Shown here in pieces: positions 41,433-53,343 of a stretch of DNA of 64,000 nucleotides. The stretch comes from an uncultured Thermoleophilia bacterium (GTDB lineage Bacteria > Actinomycetota > Thermoleophilia > Gaiellales > Gaiellaceae). Under the pieces are notes generated by a model that searched no databases, had not been told where the DNA came from, and saw nothing but the letters and a program-made list of their open reading frames with translations. Position 1 is the first letter of the stretch. Every line of letters starts with the position of its first letter. The DNA lies in assembly GCA_963721955.1 (NCBI GenBank), contig CAVRKG010000002.1, positions 13,865 through 77,864 of the forward strand, written 5' to 3'. The position numbers and the translations under genes are program-made.

Positions 41433-42521
41433 TTACACGACCCAGGCGCCGTCCGCCTGGACGACGGTGCCGTCGAGCTCGATCCGGGATCCGGCGACCC
41501 GCAGGTCCTTGACGATGTCCCAGTGGATCGCAGAGGTGTTGACACCACCGAGATCGGTGTAGCTGTTGCCGAGCGCGAGGTGGACGGTCCCGTCCATCTT
41601 CTCGTCGAAGAGGGTGTTCTTCATGTAGCGCGTGATGCCGGGATTGCAGCCGATGCCGAACTCGCCGAGGCGGCGGGCGCCCTCGTCTGTGTCGAGCGTC
41701 TCGATCAGATACGCCTCGTTCGTGTCTGCCTTCGCGTCGACGACACGTCCGCCCTCGAAGCGAAGCCGGATGCCTGAGATCTCTCGGCCCGTGTAGACGG
41801 CAGGGAAATCGCCGAAGGAGATCTCTCCTTGTGCGGAATCCTCGATCGGGCAGCCGAAGAACTCGCCGCCGGGAAGATTCGCCCCGAGAGCGTCGACCTT
41901 CATCCGACGACCCTCGATCGACAGGTGCAGATCGGTACCGGGACCGACGATCCGCACGTCGCCGGCAGCGTCGAAATGATCCGCGATCTTCCGCATCCTC
42001 GCGCCCTCTGCAGCCCAGTCCCGGAGAACGGAGGAATAGAGCAGCTCGGCGAACTCGTCGGTGCCGATGCCTGCCTCCTGCGCCAGCGCGGCCGTCGGAT
42101 ACTGGCACAGAACCCACGGAACCTCGTGTGCGGCAATCCGTCTCGTCGACGGGCGGTACGCGGAGCGCACCGCCTGGAGCCGCCGCGCCTCGACGGAGGT
42201 CGCCTCGCGGGTGTTCCGCGCGGCTCCGACGAACACCAACGCGTCGCATGTGGCGATCTCGTGGGCCACGAGCGGAGCCTGCGTCGTGAGTAGGTCGTCC
42301 GGTGCCTCGCGGAGCCATGTGAGTGACGGGAGGATGTACGCGTTCGCGAACGAGACGCGCAGGAGGGCGTAGGCGCCCCGCCGAGCGACCGCACCGCACA
42401 GCTCTTCGAGCAACGGCTCGGCGAGGGGATTTCCGCCCACGAGAACCTGCCACCCCGGCTGGACACCGAGGCACCCATCGACGATGAGCTCGGCGTACTC
42501 GCGGTCCCTCGGGTCCGGCAC
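41433..42521 (-). CDS. Aminopeptidase, family M29 (AmpS/AmpT)
   Basis: NLPGGEFF, LGEFGIG, LFDEK..GTVHLALG, SAIHWD. Confidence 0.92.
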   Translation of the reverse strand: MPDPRDREYAELIVDGCLGVQPGWQVLVGGNPLAEPLLEELCGAVARRGAYALLRVSFANAYILPSLTWLREAPDDLLTTQAPLVAHEIATCDALVFVGAARNTREATSVEARRLQAVRSAYRPSTRRIAAHEVPWVLCQYPTAALAQEAGIGTDEFAELLYSSVLRDWAAEGARMRKIADHFDAAGDVRIVGPGTDLHLSIEGRRMKVDALGANLPGGEFFGCPIEDSAQGEISFGDFPAVYTGREISGIRLRFEGGRVVDAKADTNEAYLIETLDTDEGARRLGEFGIGCNPGITRYMKNTLFDEKMDGTVHLALGNSYTDLGGVNTSAIHWDIVKDLRVAGSRIELDGTVVQADGAWVV

Positions 42522-42531
42522 GACGGCCACG

Positions 42532-43081
42532 CTAGCGAAGTGCGAGCCGATCCGCGTAGGCGCTCGCGTAGACGCCCTTGAGCCGCTCGACCTTGTCGAC
42601 GTAGCTGCGCGTCTCTGGGAACTGGATCCCCACCCCGTCTCTCCGCCAGCTATCCACATTGCCCTGCCCCGCGTGATACGCGGCGAGAGCAGTGCGCTCG
42701 TCGCCGTAACGATCGAGGAGATGGCGCAGGTACCACGAGCCGTAGCGGACGTTCAGCTCGGGAACGTAGAGGTCGTCCACGACGAACGCTGTGCCACCCG
42801 TGCGGATCGCAATCCCTCGAGCCGTGTCTGGAAGGAGCTGCATCAGCCCGATCGCTCCCGCACTCGACTTGGCCCGCGCGTTGAACTTGCTCTCGGTGAA
42901 GATCACCGCAGCCACCAGCGCGGGCTCGAGATCGTAGTTCTTCGCATGGCCGCGCACGATCGCGTCGTACCGCAGCGGATAGCGGATCCGATCGACGATG
43001 ATCCGGCTTCGTGAGCACGACCGCGACTGCCGCTACGGCAATCACGGCGATGCCGGCGAGCACAGCGATCAGGCGCTTCAC
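42532..43081 (-). CDS. Lytic transglycosylase (SLT domain) with N-terminal anchor (+1 frameshift near 43001)
   Basis: VKRLIAVL TM helix; after the shift YPLRY, AVIFTESKF, GAIGLMQ, AAYHAG, ETRSYV. GTGA overlap with coaE. Confidence 0.9.
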
Positions 43082-43674
43082 GACTCGGTGTTCGCCAACT
43101 CGGACATGACTCCCGCAACCCATGCTTCGAGATCCTCGAACGTACCGGTATTGACATAGTGAAAATCGGCCCGCGCGACCTTCGTCCTGTCGTCGAGAAG
43201 TCGGTCGTCCCGGTTGTCGAGCGGGGCGTGGCGACGCTGCTCGCGAAGCTGGCGCGGCGCCGTGATCACCACGATTCGATCGAAACGTGATTCGGCTCCC
43301 GACTCGAACAGCAGCGGCACTTCGGTGACACAGACGGCCGGGGGGTCGTCGAGGCGACCGAGCTGTTCGCGCCAGCTCAGGTATTCGCGCGAGACGAGCG
43401 GGTGCAACAGTGCCTCGAGGAACGCCAAGGACTCCTGGTCGGCGAACACGATCGCGGCGATCTTCTCCCGATCGGGGGCGCCGTCCTCGCCCAGAATCCG
43501 TTCCCCGAAGCGCTCGACGAGTGCGGTGCGAACGTCCTGATCGGTGCGGAGAAGATGGTGGACGATCTCGTCACTCGAAACCGTCGCCGCCCCTTGCGCC
43601 CGGAACGCGGCGAGCGCGGCGCTCTTGCCGGCGCCGATCCCCCCCGTGATCGCGACGGCGATCGTGCGCGACAA
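43078..43674 (-). CDS. coaE: Dephospho-CoA kinase
   Basis: ITGGIGAGKS, LHPLV, EVPLLFE. Confidence 0.93.
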   Translation of the reverse strand: MSRTIAVAITGGIGAGKSAALAAFRAQGAATVSSDEIVHHLLRTDQDVRTALVERFGERILGEDGAPDREKIAAIVFADQESLAFLEALLHPLVSREYLSWREQLGRLDDPPAVCVTEVPLLFESGAESRFDRIVVITAPRQLREQRRHAPLDNRDDRLLDDRTKVARADFHYVNTGTFEDLEAWVAGVMSELANTES

Positions 43675-43678
43675 GTCC

Positions 43679-45148
43679 CTACGACGTGCGAGCTTCGTCG
43701 GAGGCCGCGACGGACTCCTCGAGCTGCTCTTCGTCAGCCGGCTCGTCGCCAGCGTCGTGCTGCGCGACCGTCTCGTCCGCGAGGTCGGAAGTCGCAGTCG
43801 TCTCCTCCGGAGGCGCCTCGACAGGGGCTGCGTCGTCGACGGGCAGAGCAGCGGCAGCGACGACCGCGTCGGCCTGCGGTTCCGAGCCCTCGCCCGCGTC
43901 CTCCGCCAGGGTGGCCGGCGGGTCGAGATCAGCCGCATCACTCGGCCGACCCTCGCCCGAGGCGGGGAACGCCTCCTCGGACAACCGGAGGTTCGGCGTC
44001 AGATGGACGGACTCGCCGCCGTCTGCGCGGGGCAGCGGCTCTGCGCCTTCTTCGACACGCTTCAACGACAGCGAGAGACGCCGCCGGTCGCCGTCGATCT
44101 CGAGCACGAGCACGTTCACCGGATCACCCTGCGAGACGACTTCGCGCGGATTCTCGACGTGATGCTGCGCGAGCTCGGAGATGTGCACGAGTCCTTCGAC
44201 ACCCGGCAGGATCTCGACGAACGCACCGAACGTCACGACCTTCGTCACGCGACCCTCGACGACGTCCTCCTCGTGATAGTGCTCGAGCACCTGCTGCCAC
44301 GGATCCGACTGCGTCTGCTTCAGCCCGAGGGAGATCCGCTGGCGCTCGCGATCGATGTCGAGGACCTTGACGTTGACCGTCTGGCCGATCTCCAGCACCT
44401 CGGAAGGATGGTTGACGTGACTCCAGGAGAGCTCCGAGATGTGGATCAGCCCGTCCATGCCGTCGAGATCCACGAACGCGCCGAAATCGACGATGTTGGA
44501 GATCTGGCCCTCGACGACGTCGCCCGGGTTGAGCCGGTCGAGGATCGCCTGGCGCATCTCTTTGCGTTCGTCCTCGAGCACCGCGCGGCGCGAGAGGACG
44601 ACGTTGTTGCGGGATCGATTGAGCTCGATGACCTTGCAGCGCAGCTCCTTGCCCGTGAACTCCTCGAGATCCTGGACGCGACGGATGTCGACGAGCGATG
44701 CCGGCAGGAAGCCGCGGACACCGAGGTCGAGGATGAGCCCTCCCTTGACGACTTCGATGACGCGGCCGTTGACGGCCTCGCCGCTCTCCGCCGCAGCCTC
44801 GATCGCCTTCCAGGCGAGCTCGAATCGGGCGCGCTTCTTCGACAGGACGAGGCGCCCGTCGGCGTCCTCCTTCTGCATCACGAGCGCGTCGATCTCCTCA
44901 CCGACGGAGACCTCGTCCGCGGGGTTCACCGAGCGTCGGATCGAGAGCTCGGAAACGGGGATTACGCCCTCGGACTTGTAACCGATATCGACGAGTACCT
45001 CGTCCTTGTCGACGCGCACGACGGTGCCGTGCACCACCTCGCCCTCGTTGATCGTGGGAAAAGTCGCGTCGTAGTCCGGGACCAGCTGCCCGTCAGGGCC
45101 GATGATCCAGACGCCGTCCTCGAGGACGGGAACTTCCATAGTTGACAT
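43679..45148 (-). CDS. rpsA: 30S ribosomal protein S1 (four S1 domains, acidic tail)
   Basis: VLVDIGYKSEG, GVRGFLPAS, DGLIHISELSW, EGLVHISEL. Start is uncertain (45139-45178). Confidence 0.96.
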   Translation of the reverse strand: MSTMEVPVLEDGVWIIGPDGQLVPDYDATFPTINEGEVVHGTVVRVDKDEVLVDIGYKSEGVIPVSELSIRRSVNPADEVSVGEEIDALVMQKEDADGRLVLSKKRARFELAWKAIEAAAESGEAVNGRVIEVVKGGLILDLGVRGFLPASLVDIRRVQDLEEFTGKELRCKVIELNRSRNNVVLSRRAVLEDERKEMRQAILDRLNPGDVVEGQISNIVDFGAFVDLDGMDGLIHISELSWSHVNHPSEVLEIGQTVNVKVLDIDRERQRISLGLKQTQSDPWQQVLEHYHEEDVVEGRVTKVVTFGAFVEILPGVEGLVHISELAQHHVENPREVVSQGDPVNVLVLEIDGDRRRLSLSLKRVEEGAEPLPRADGGESVHLTPNLRLSEEAFPASGEGRPSDAADLDPPATLAEDAGEGSEPQADAVVAAAALPVDDAAPVEAPPEETTATSDLADETVAQHDAGDEPADEEQLEESVAASDEARTS

Positions 45149-45322
45149 GGGGGTACTCTCGGTCGGGTGGTGGGCCATGGGCGAGCGGGCAGTATAGCGG
45201 CCAATCGCCCCGGAGAACGATCCTGTGGAGGCCTCTCTTCAGGCCCCGGCGCAGTCGGTCGGGCCGCCTGAAGCCCCCTGGCGTGACGCCCTCGGGGAGT
45301 CGCACCGGGCGCCGCGCGCTGC

Positions 45323-47911
45323 TCAGTCCTTCGCGTCCGCCCAGTTGTCGCCGACCGCCACGTCGACCGCCAGGGGCGGATCGAGCGGATACGCATCGAC
45401 CATCTCCGAGCGCACGAGCTCCCGCACCCCAGTCACCTCGGTGTCCGGGACCTCGAGCAGCAGCTCGTCGTGCACCTGGAGGACGAGCCGTGCGGCGCGG
45501 CCTTCGCTCCGCAGCCGCTCGTGCACCCTGATCATCGCAACCTTGATCACATCCGCCGCCGTGCCCTGCATGACGCTGTTCACCGCGAGGCGCTCACCGA
45601 GCATCCGCGTCTGCCGATTCGAGGCGCGCAGCTCCGGGATCGGTCGCCGCCGGCCGAGGAGTGTCGTCACGAAGCCGTCGGCGGCAGCCTGGGCGATCGT
45701 GCGGGCGATGAACTCCTGCACACGTGGGAACCGCGCAAGGTACGTGTCGATGTACTCCTGCGCCTCGTCGCGCGGGATCTCGAGGTTCTCGGCCAGGCCG
45801 AAGGACGAGATGCCGTAGATGATCCCGAAGTTGACCATCTTCGCGACGTCACGCTCCGAGCGGGTGAGCTCGGCCGGGTTCTTGCCGAGCACCTCGGCCG
45901 CCGTGCGCGTATGGATGTCCTCCCCACTCTCGAAGGCGTCACGCAGCACGGGCTCACCCGAGACGTGGGCGAGGATGCGCAGTTCGACCTGGCTGTAGTC
46001 CGCCGAGAGCAACCGGTGGCCATCTTCGGCGATGAAAGCGGAGCGGATCTGACGACCGAGCCCCGTGCGAACCGGAATCGACTGCAGGTTCGGGTTCGAC
46101 GTCGACAGCCGACCGGTCGCCGCGACGGCCTGGTTGAACGTCGTGTGCAGGCGTCCATCGCGCTCCGAGATCAACGCGGGCAGCGGTTGGAGGTACGTGT
46201 TGAGCAGCTTCGAGTACTCGCGCCATTCTTCGATCACGGGAACGATCGCGTGTGCGTCGCGCAGGCCTCGCAGAACACGGCTGTCTGTCGAGTAACCGGT
46301 CTTTCCCTTGCGCCCCGGTGAGAGCCCGAGCTTGTCGAAGAGGATCCGGGCGACCTGCTGCGTGGAGCCGAGCATGAACTCCTCTCCCGCGAGCTCGGTG
46401 GCGAGCGCCTCGAGCTCCTCGACGCGGTCGTGGAGCCGCGCCGTGATCTCGCCCATGCGGTAGGTGTCGATCTTGACGCCGGCTTCCTCCATTGCCGCGA
46501 GCACGGCCGTCAGCGGGAGCTCGATGCGCTCGTAGAGGTCGAGCGACCCGCGTTCGGCGAGCCGTTCGCGCATGATCGGCGCAAGGCGACGCGGCGCCTC
46601 GGCGCGGCGCACGAGCAGCGCGGTCGACTCCTCCGCGGGTGGCGCGGGCTCGACCTCGACGCCGTACTCGGCCGCCAGGTCGTCGATCAGGTACGCAGAG
46701 CGACCGGGCTCGATCAGGTACGCCGCGATCATCGTGTCGTCGGCGGGGACGAACGGGAGATGCAACGACTTCGCGTCGTGCGCGACGACATCCGTATCGC
46801 GCAGCCGCGTCGGCTCAGGCGGATCCCAACCGGCGACGACGACGCCGTCGTCGTCTGCGACCGCGATCCGGCCGTCGTCCATCGCGATGCCCACGCGCCC
46901 TCGCATCGCGGGCAGTTCCGCTTCGCGCCAGGCGACCGCCTGGCCCTCGAGCTTCGGCCGCTCCTGCGCGGGCACCGCCGCGTCGAGTTCGTCGACGCGA
47001 TTGAGGAGGGCGCGAAACTCGAAGCGCCGGAACATCTCCTTGAGCTGGGAGCGATCGGGAGCGCCCGAGACGAGCGTGGTCGGATCGATCTCGAGCGGGA
47101 GATCACGTCTCATCGTCGCCAGCTCCTTCGACGCACGCGCCTGGTCGGCGTGCTCGTGCACGGCTCGGCTCCGGGCGGGCGAGAGCTCGTCCGCGTGGGC
47201 GATCACCTCTTCGAGCGAGCCGTATTGCGCGATCAACTGGCCTGCGGTCTTGTCGCCGATTCCGGGAATCCCCGGAATGTTGTCCGACGTGTCCCCCTTG
47301 AGGCCGATGAAGTCCGGCACCTGATCGGGCCTGACGCCGTACCGAAGCTCGACGCGCTCGGGCGTGTAGACGTTGACGTCCGAGACGCCGCGGGGCGTCA
47401 TCATCAGCGTCACGTTCTCGGAACAGAGCTGGAATGCGTCGCGGTCGGTCGAGACGACGCACGTCTTCACACCCGCCTCGTCCGCTCTGGTCGCAATCGT
47501 CGCGATGACGTCGTCCGCCTCCCATCCCTCGAACTCCAGGTTCTGGTAGCCGAACGCCTCGACGATGGGGCGAAAATGCGGGAATTGCTCCCGTAGGAGG
47601 TCCGGCATCGCCTTGCGGCCCTGCTTGTAGACGACATCCACCGCCTCGGCGGCCGCGGCGCGATGAACGGGGCGTGTGTCCCACGCCACGGCGACACCCC
47701 TCGGCTTGTAGTCGGCGAGCAGCTTGAACAACATGTTCCCGAATCCGAGGAGTGCATTCGTAGGCAGTCCGTCACTCGTCGCGAGCTCTTCCGGCAGGGC
47801 GAAAAACGCACGGTAGGCAAGGTTGTTGCCGTCGACGAGGAACAGCTCGGCACCCCGTGCAGGCCCATCGTCGAGCTCGAGCTCCGCTCCCGTGATCGTC
47901 TTCGGGGCCAT
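45323..47911 (-). CDS. polA: DNA polymerase I
   Basis: 5'-3' exonuclease (LVDG, EADD, GDTSDNIPG), TGRLSTSNPNLQ, DYSQVELR, QVHDE. Confidence 0.97.
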   Translation of the reverse strand: MAPKTITGAELELDDGPARGAELFLVDGNNLAYRAFFALPEELATSDGLPTNALLGFGNMLFKLLADYKPRGVAVAWDTRPVHRAAAAEAVDVVYKQGRKAMPDLLREQFPHFRPIVEAFGYQNLEFEGWEADDVIATIATRADEAGVKTCVVSTDRDAFQLCSENVTLMMTPRGVSDVNVYTPERVELRYGVRPDQVPDFIGLKGDTSDNIPGIPGIGDKTAGQLIAQYGSLEEVIAHADELSPARSRAVHEHADQARASKELATMRRDLPLEIDPTTLVSGAPDRSQLKEMFRRFEFRALLNRVDELDAAVPAQERPKLEGQAVAWREAELPAMRGRVGIAMDDGRIAVADDDGVVVAGWDPPEPTRLRDTDVVAHDAKSLHLPFVPADDTMIAAYLIEPGRSAYLIDDLAAEYGVEVEPAPPAEESTALLVRRAEAPRRLAPIMRERLAERGSLDLYERIELPLTAVLAAMEEAGVKIDTYRMGEITARLHDRVEELEALATELAGEEFMLGSTQQVARILFDKLGLSPGRKGKTGYSTDSRVLRGLRDAHAIVPVIEEWREYSKLLNTYLQPLPALISERDGRLHTTFNQAVAATGRLSTSNPNLQSIPVRTGLGRQIRSAFIAEDGHRLLSADYSQVELRILAHVSGEPVLRDAFESGEDIHTRTAAEVLGKNPAELTRSERDVAKMVNFGIIYGISSFGLAENLEIPRDEAQEYIDTYLARFPRVQEFIARTIAQAAADGFVTTLLGRRRPIPELRASNRQTRMLGERLAVNSVMQGTAADVIKVAMIRVHERLRSEGRAARLVLQVHDELLLEVPDTEVTGVRELVRSEMVDAYPLDPPLAVDVAVGDNWADAKD

Positions 47912-47982
47912 CGGCCCGAGTGTATGCAGGATCGCGTCCTCGGATCGAGGGGGCGGTACGGTGATCGAGACGTGGTGACGCG

Positions 47983-49482
47983 ATGACCCGCATTCCGCTG
48001 CTCTCGGGCACGCGCATTCCCGTCGTAGCCCTTCCCGATGACGCCGTCATCCTCGCGCCGCCCCAGCCGCTCGACCCGCTTCGTGACGTCGAGGCAGCCG
48101 TTGGCGAAGCGTTGCGCTATCCGCTGTCGGGTCCTCCGCTCGCCGACCTCGTCACCCGTGGCGGCCGCGCCGCAATCGTGGTCGAGCCCCGTTCGCTGCC
48201 GCTGCCGAGCGCTCCCAGAGACCCGCGCCAGAACGCCGTCGCCGCGGTGATCGGAGAGCTCGAAGCGCTGGGGATGCCCGCCGCGCGTCACACGATCGTG
48301 GTCGCAGGCGGGCTCGGGCGCAGGGCAGGTCGTCGCGATCTCGAGGCGGTTCTCCGCCCGCTCGGGGCGCGCGACTTCAGGGGTGCCGTCGCCGTGCACG
48401 ACGCCGCCGGGACCGACCTCCGACCCGTCGACATCGCAGGCGGAGGCCAGGTGCGGCTCGACCCGGCCGTCCTCGACGCCGACCTCGTCGTCTGCGTCAC
48501 CGCCGCCGAGACGTCCGAGCGTGGCGGGGCGTGCGCGCTCCTCAGCTGTTGCGACGCGCGGACGATCGCCGCGGTACCGCCGGCACCGTCGCTCCTCGCG
48601 CCGTCTCTCTCACCGGCCGGCCGTCTTGCCGGAAGGATCGCGGCGGCGCTCGCGAGTCGAGCGGCGGTGACGGGTGTGTCGCTCGTGTTGGATCACCCAC
48701 GCATGACGGGGCGCTACCGTGGCTATCCCTCCACGCGGACCCTCGCCGCGCTTCGGGCCTCGCCCGCACGCGTTCTCGTCAATGCACTGCCCGCCTCACT
48801 GCGGCGGGCGACGCTGCAGCGGTTGCCGCGCGAGCTCTCCACCGTTGCCGTTCTCGCAGGGCCGCCGGCGGTGTCGCACGCCGAGGCCCTCCTCCGTGGG
48901 ATCTCGCTTCGGGGTGCGGACCTCACGGAACAGCTCGACACGATCGTCGTGCCGATACCGTGGAAGTCTCTCCACGTCCCACGCGAGCCGCTCAACCCGA
49001 TCACGGCAGCAGCGATCGGGCTGGGGCACGCGCTCCGACTCTGGCGGGACGACTCGCCGCTGCGACAAGGGGGCACGATCGTGCTGCTCCACGATCTCCG
49101 CCGGCCCTCCGGGCACCGGTTCGACGCACCGTATCGCGAGCTGTTTCAGATGCTCCGCGACGGGGCCTCCGACGAGGACCTGGCGACAGCCGCGGACGCC
49201 GCGGCAAGTGACACGCGCGCGCTCGCCTCCTATCACGACGGTCGCGCGGCTCACCCGCTCCTCCCCCACACCGACTGGGCCTCGTGCCGACCAGCCCTCG
49301 CCCGTGCAGGTCGCGTGCTCGTCGCCGGGTGCCGTGACGCGAATGCAGCACGTGCCCTCGGCCTCGTTCCTGCACACAGCATCTCGGCAGCACTCGAGAT
49401 GGCACGAGGCGTCGCCGGCGGCAGTCACCGCGTCGGCGTGCTGCTCGCGCCCCCGTACGTGCCGGTCGTCGTCTCGCAGTAG
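47983..49482 (+). CDS. Lactate-racemase (LarA/DUF2088)-like protein, divergent
   Basis: AVGEALRYPL..PPL, HDA and GGTIVL resemble the LarA N-terminal fold; catalytic residues are not evident. Confidence 0.6.
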   Translation: MTRIPLLSGTRIPVVALPDDAVILAPPQPLDPLRDVEAAVGEALRYPLSGPPLADLVTRGGRAAIVVEPRSLPLPSAPRDPRQNAVAAVIGELEALGMPAARHTIVVAGGLGRRAGRRDLEAVLRPLGARDFRGAVAVHDAAGTDLRPVDIAGGGQVRLDPAVLDADLVVCVTAAETSERGGACALLSCCDARTIAAVPPAPSLLAPSLSPAGRLAGRIAAALASRAAVTGVSLVLDHPRMTGRYRGYPSTRTLAALRASPARVLVNALPASLRRATLQRLPRELSTVAVLAGPPAVSHAEALLRGISLRGADLTEQLDTIVVPIPWKSLHVPREPLNPITAAAIGLGHALRLWRDDSPLRQGGTIVLLHDLRRPSGHRFDAPYRELFQMLRDGASDEDLATAADAAASDTRALASYHDGRAAHPLLPHTDWASCRPALARAGRVLVAGCRDANAARALGLVPAHSISAALEMARGVAGGSHRVGVLLAPPYVPVVVSQ

Positions 49483-49518
49483 AGCTACCCGCGCCCCGGC
49501 CGGAACCGGGCCGACGTC

Positions 49519-50256
49519 CTACCCCTCGCCGAGATACGCCTTGCGCACTTCCTCGTTGACCTTCAGCTCGGCCGCTGGTCCTTCGAGCGCCACCTTCCCC
49601 GTCGCGAGCACGTAGCCGCGGCTCGCAACGTCGAGCGCCATCAGCGCGTTCTGCTCGACGAGCAGGACCGGCGTCCCCTCCGCGTTGATCTCACGGACGA
49701 TTTCGAAAATCTTGTCGACGAAGATCGGCGCGAGACCCATGGACGGCTCGTCCAGGAGGAGCAGCTTGGGCCTCGCCATCAACGCACGGCCGATTGCACA
49801 CATCTGCTGCTCGCCGCCCGACATCGTCCCCGCCTTCTGCAGACGGCGCTCGTAGAGTCGCGGGAACAGCTCGAAGACGTGCTCCATGTCGGCCTTGAAG
49901 TTCTCGTGATCGGAGCGCTGGAAGGCGCCCATCTCGAGATTCTCCATCACCGTCATGCGCGGGAACAGGCGCCGGCCTTCCGGACTCTGAGCGATTCCGT
50001 TCTTGACGATGTTGTGGGGAGTGTCCGTCGTGACATCCCGTCCCTGGAACCGGATCGACCCCTGCCGAGGATGATTCAACCCGTTGATCGCCCGGAGCGT
50101 GGTCGACTTCCCGGCGCCGTTGGCGCCGATCAGCGTCACGATCTCCGACTTGCCCACGCGCAGCGAGACGCCCTTGAGCGCGTGAATGGCCCCGTAATAG
50201 ACATGGATGTCGTCGACCTCGAGGATGTTCCCGTCAGCGGCGGCGGTGTCGCTCAC
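49519..50256 (-). CDS. livF: Branched-chain amino acid ABC transporter ATP-binding protein
   Basis: GANGAGKS, PEGRRLF, MSGGEQQM, LLDEPSMGLAP, VEQN. Confidence 0.94.
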   Translation of the reverse strand: MSDTAAADGNILEVDDIHVYYGAIHALKGVSLRVGKSEIVTLIGANGAGKSTTLRAINGLNHPRQGSIRFQGRDVTTDTPHNIVKNGIAQSPEGRRLFPRMTVMENLEMGAFQRSDHENFKADMEHVFELFPRLYERRLQKAGTMSGGEQQMCAIGRALMARPKLLLLDEPSMGLAPIFVDKIFEIVREINAEGTPVLLVEQNALMALDVASRGYVLATGKVALEGPAAELKVNEEVRKAYLGEG

Positions 50257-51037
50257 GCGGCAGTCGCCCCCTTTCCGAGATATGCCTCGATCACCCGCGG
50301 GTCGCCCTGCACTTCGGCCGGCGTTCCCTCCGCGATCTTGGCGCCGTACTCGAGCACGGTCACGCGCTCGGAAACGCCCATCACGATCTTCATATCGTGC
50401 TCGATCAGGAGCACCGTCAGCCCCTTCTCGTCGCGCACACGCGCGACGAATGCCGTGAATTCCCCGGTTTCCTGTGGGTTCATGCCCGCCGTCGGCTCGT
50501 CGAGCAGCAGGAGCTTCGGGTCGGTGGCGAGAGCGCGCGCGACCTCGAGGCGTCGCTGGTCGCCGTAGGGCAGAGAACTCGCCTGCTCCTCGTGGCGTCG
50601 AGGCAGACCGCAGTAGACGAGCAACTCCCGCGCCCGATCGCGGGCGCCCGCCTCTTCACGCTTGACCCGGGGCGTACGAAGGATCGAGCCGAGGATTCCT
50701 CCCTTGAGGCGGCAGTGCATGCCGACCATCACGTTCTCGATCGCCGTCATCTGGCTGAAGAGCCGAATGTTCTGGAACGTGCGCCCGATGCCGAGCTCGA
50801 CGATCGCATGCGGAGGCTTCCCGACGACCTCCGTCCCGTCGAACACGATCGACCCGGACGTCGGGACGTAGACACCGGTGATCTGGTTGAAGAACGTCGT
50901 CTTCCCGGCACCGTTCGGCCCGATCAGCGACACGATCGATCCACGCGGGATCGTGAAGTCGACGTCGTCCGTCGCCACGAGGCCACCGAACTCCTTCCGC
51001 ACGCGCATGGCGACGAGCAGATTGTCGGCCGCGGCCA

Positions 51038-51038
<1 letters not shown>
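50253..51038 (-). CDS. livG: Branched-chain amino acid ABC transporter ATP-binding protein
   Basis: [41 protein letters not shown]. Confidence 0.94.
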
Positions 51039-52233
<1,195 letters not shown>

Positions 52234-52237
<4 letters not shown>

Positions 52238-53274
52238 GCCCCCTCCGGCGTCCGCTCGCCCAGGATTCCCTGCGGTCTGAAGACGAGGATCGCGATCAGG
52301 ATCCCGAACACCATCGAACGCGTCCAGTCACTGCCGGGGGTGCCGTCGAGCCCCTCGTTGAACGCCTGCACGAGGCCGATCACGATCGCTCCGAGGACGG
52401 CGCCGGGGAGGTTGCCGATTCCGCCGAGCACCGCCGCGGTGAACGCGATCAGGCCGAGTTCGAAGCCGGTGTCGTAGCGCATGTTGAACTGGAGGAGGTA
52501 GACGAGCCCCGCGACCGCGGCGAGGCTGCCGGCCAGCATGAACGTCACCGAGATCGTCCGGTTGACGTCGATCCCGAGCATCGCCGAGGCCTCGGTGTCC
52601 TGCGAGACCGCGCGCATCGCTTTGCCCTGGCTCGTGACCCGAACGAACCAGGTGAGTGCGACGAGGACGGGGACGATGATGATGAAGACGGTGACCTTGT
52701 TCCACTGGATGACGACGTCCCCGATCTCGAGCGCATTCGAGCGCGGGATGAAGTTCGGCACCGACCTGAACGTGACGCCGTAGAGAGCGAGACCGATGTT
52801 CTGCACGACGAACGACATCCCGACGGCGGTGATCAGGGGAGCGAGCCGAGGGGCACGCCGCAGCGGTTTGTACGCGATGCGTTCGATCGTGGCATTCGAG
52901 ATGGCGAACAGCGGCACCGTGATCAGGAGCGTGAGCAGGAGCCCCCCGATGACGAGGAGCGTGCCGGTGTTCGCATCCAGCCCGAGGACGGAGAGGATGA
53001 CAGTGCTGGCGACGAGCCCGGATAGAGCGAAAACGTCACCGTGGGCAAAGTTGATCAGCTGCAGGATGCCGTAGACGAGCGTGTAGCCGAGTGCCACGAC
53101 GCCGTAGATGGCTCCGTTCGTGAAGCCGATGATGCCGACGTTGACGAAGCGGGTCGGATCGTCGACGAACTTGGTCGCGAGGAAGACCAGAACCAGAGCG
53201 AGCAGCGTCAGCCCGATCCCGTCGATGAGACTGACGCGCCGAACCCGGTTGTACGTCGCTGCGGCCGAGGTCAT
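52234..53274 (-). CDS. livH: Branched-chain amino acid ABC transporter permease
   Basis: ALGYTLVYGIL.LINFAHG, GKAMRA, AAVLGGIG. Confidence 0.93.
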
Positions 53275-53288
53275 GGGGAGCGACTCTA

Positions 53289-53333
53289 GACCGGAATCGG
53301 CGGGAGAGCAATGGCCCCCCGCCGATTCCGGTC
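53289..53333 (-). terminator. 16-bp perfect stem-loop between livK and livH
   Basis: GACCGGAATCGGCGGG (53289-53304) pairs with CCCGCCGATTCCGGTC (53318-53333). Confidence 0.7.
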
Positions 53334-53343
53334 AGAGACGGAG

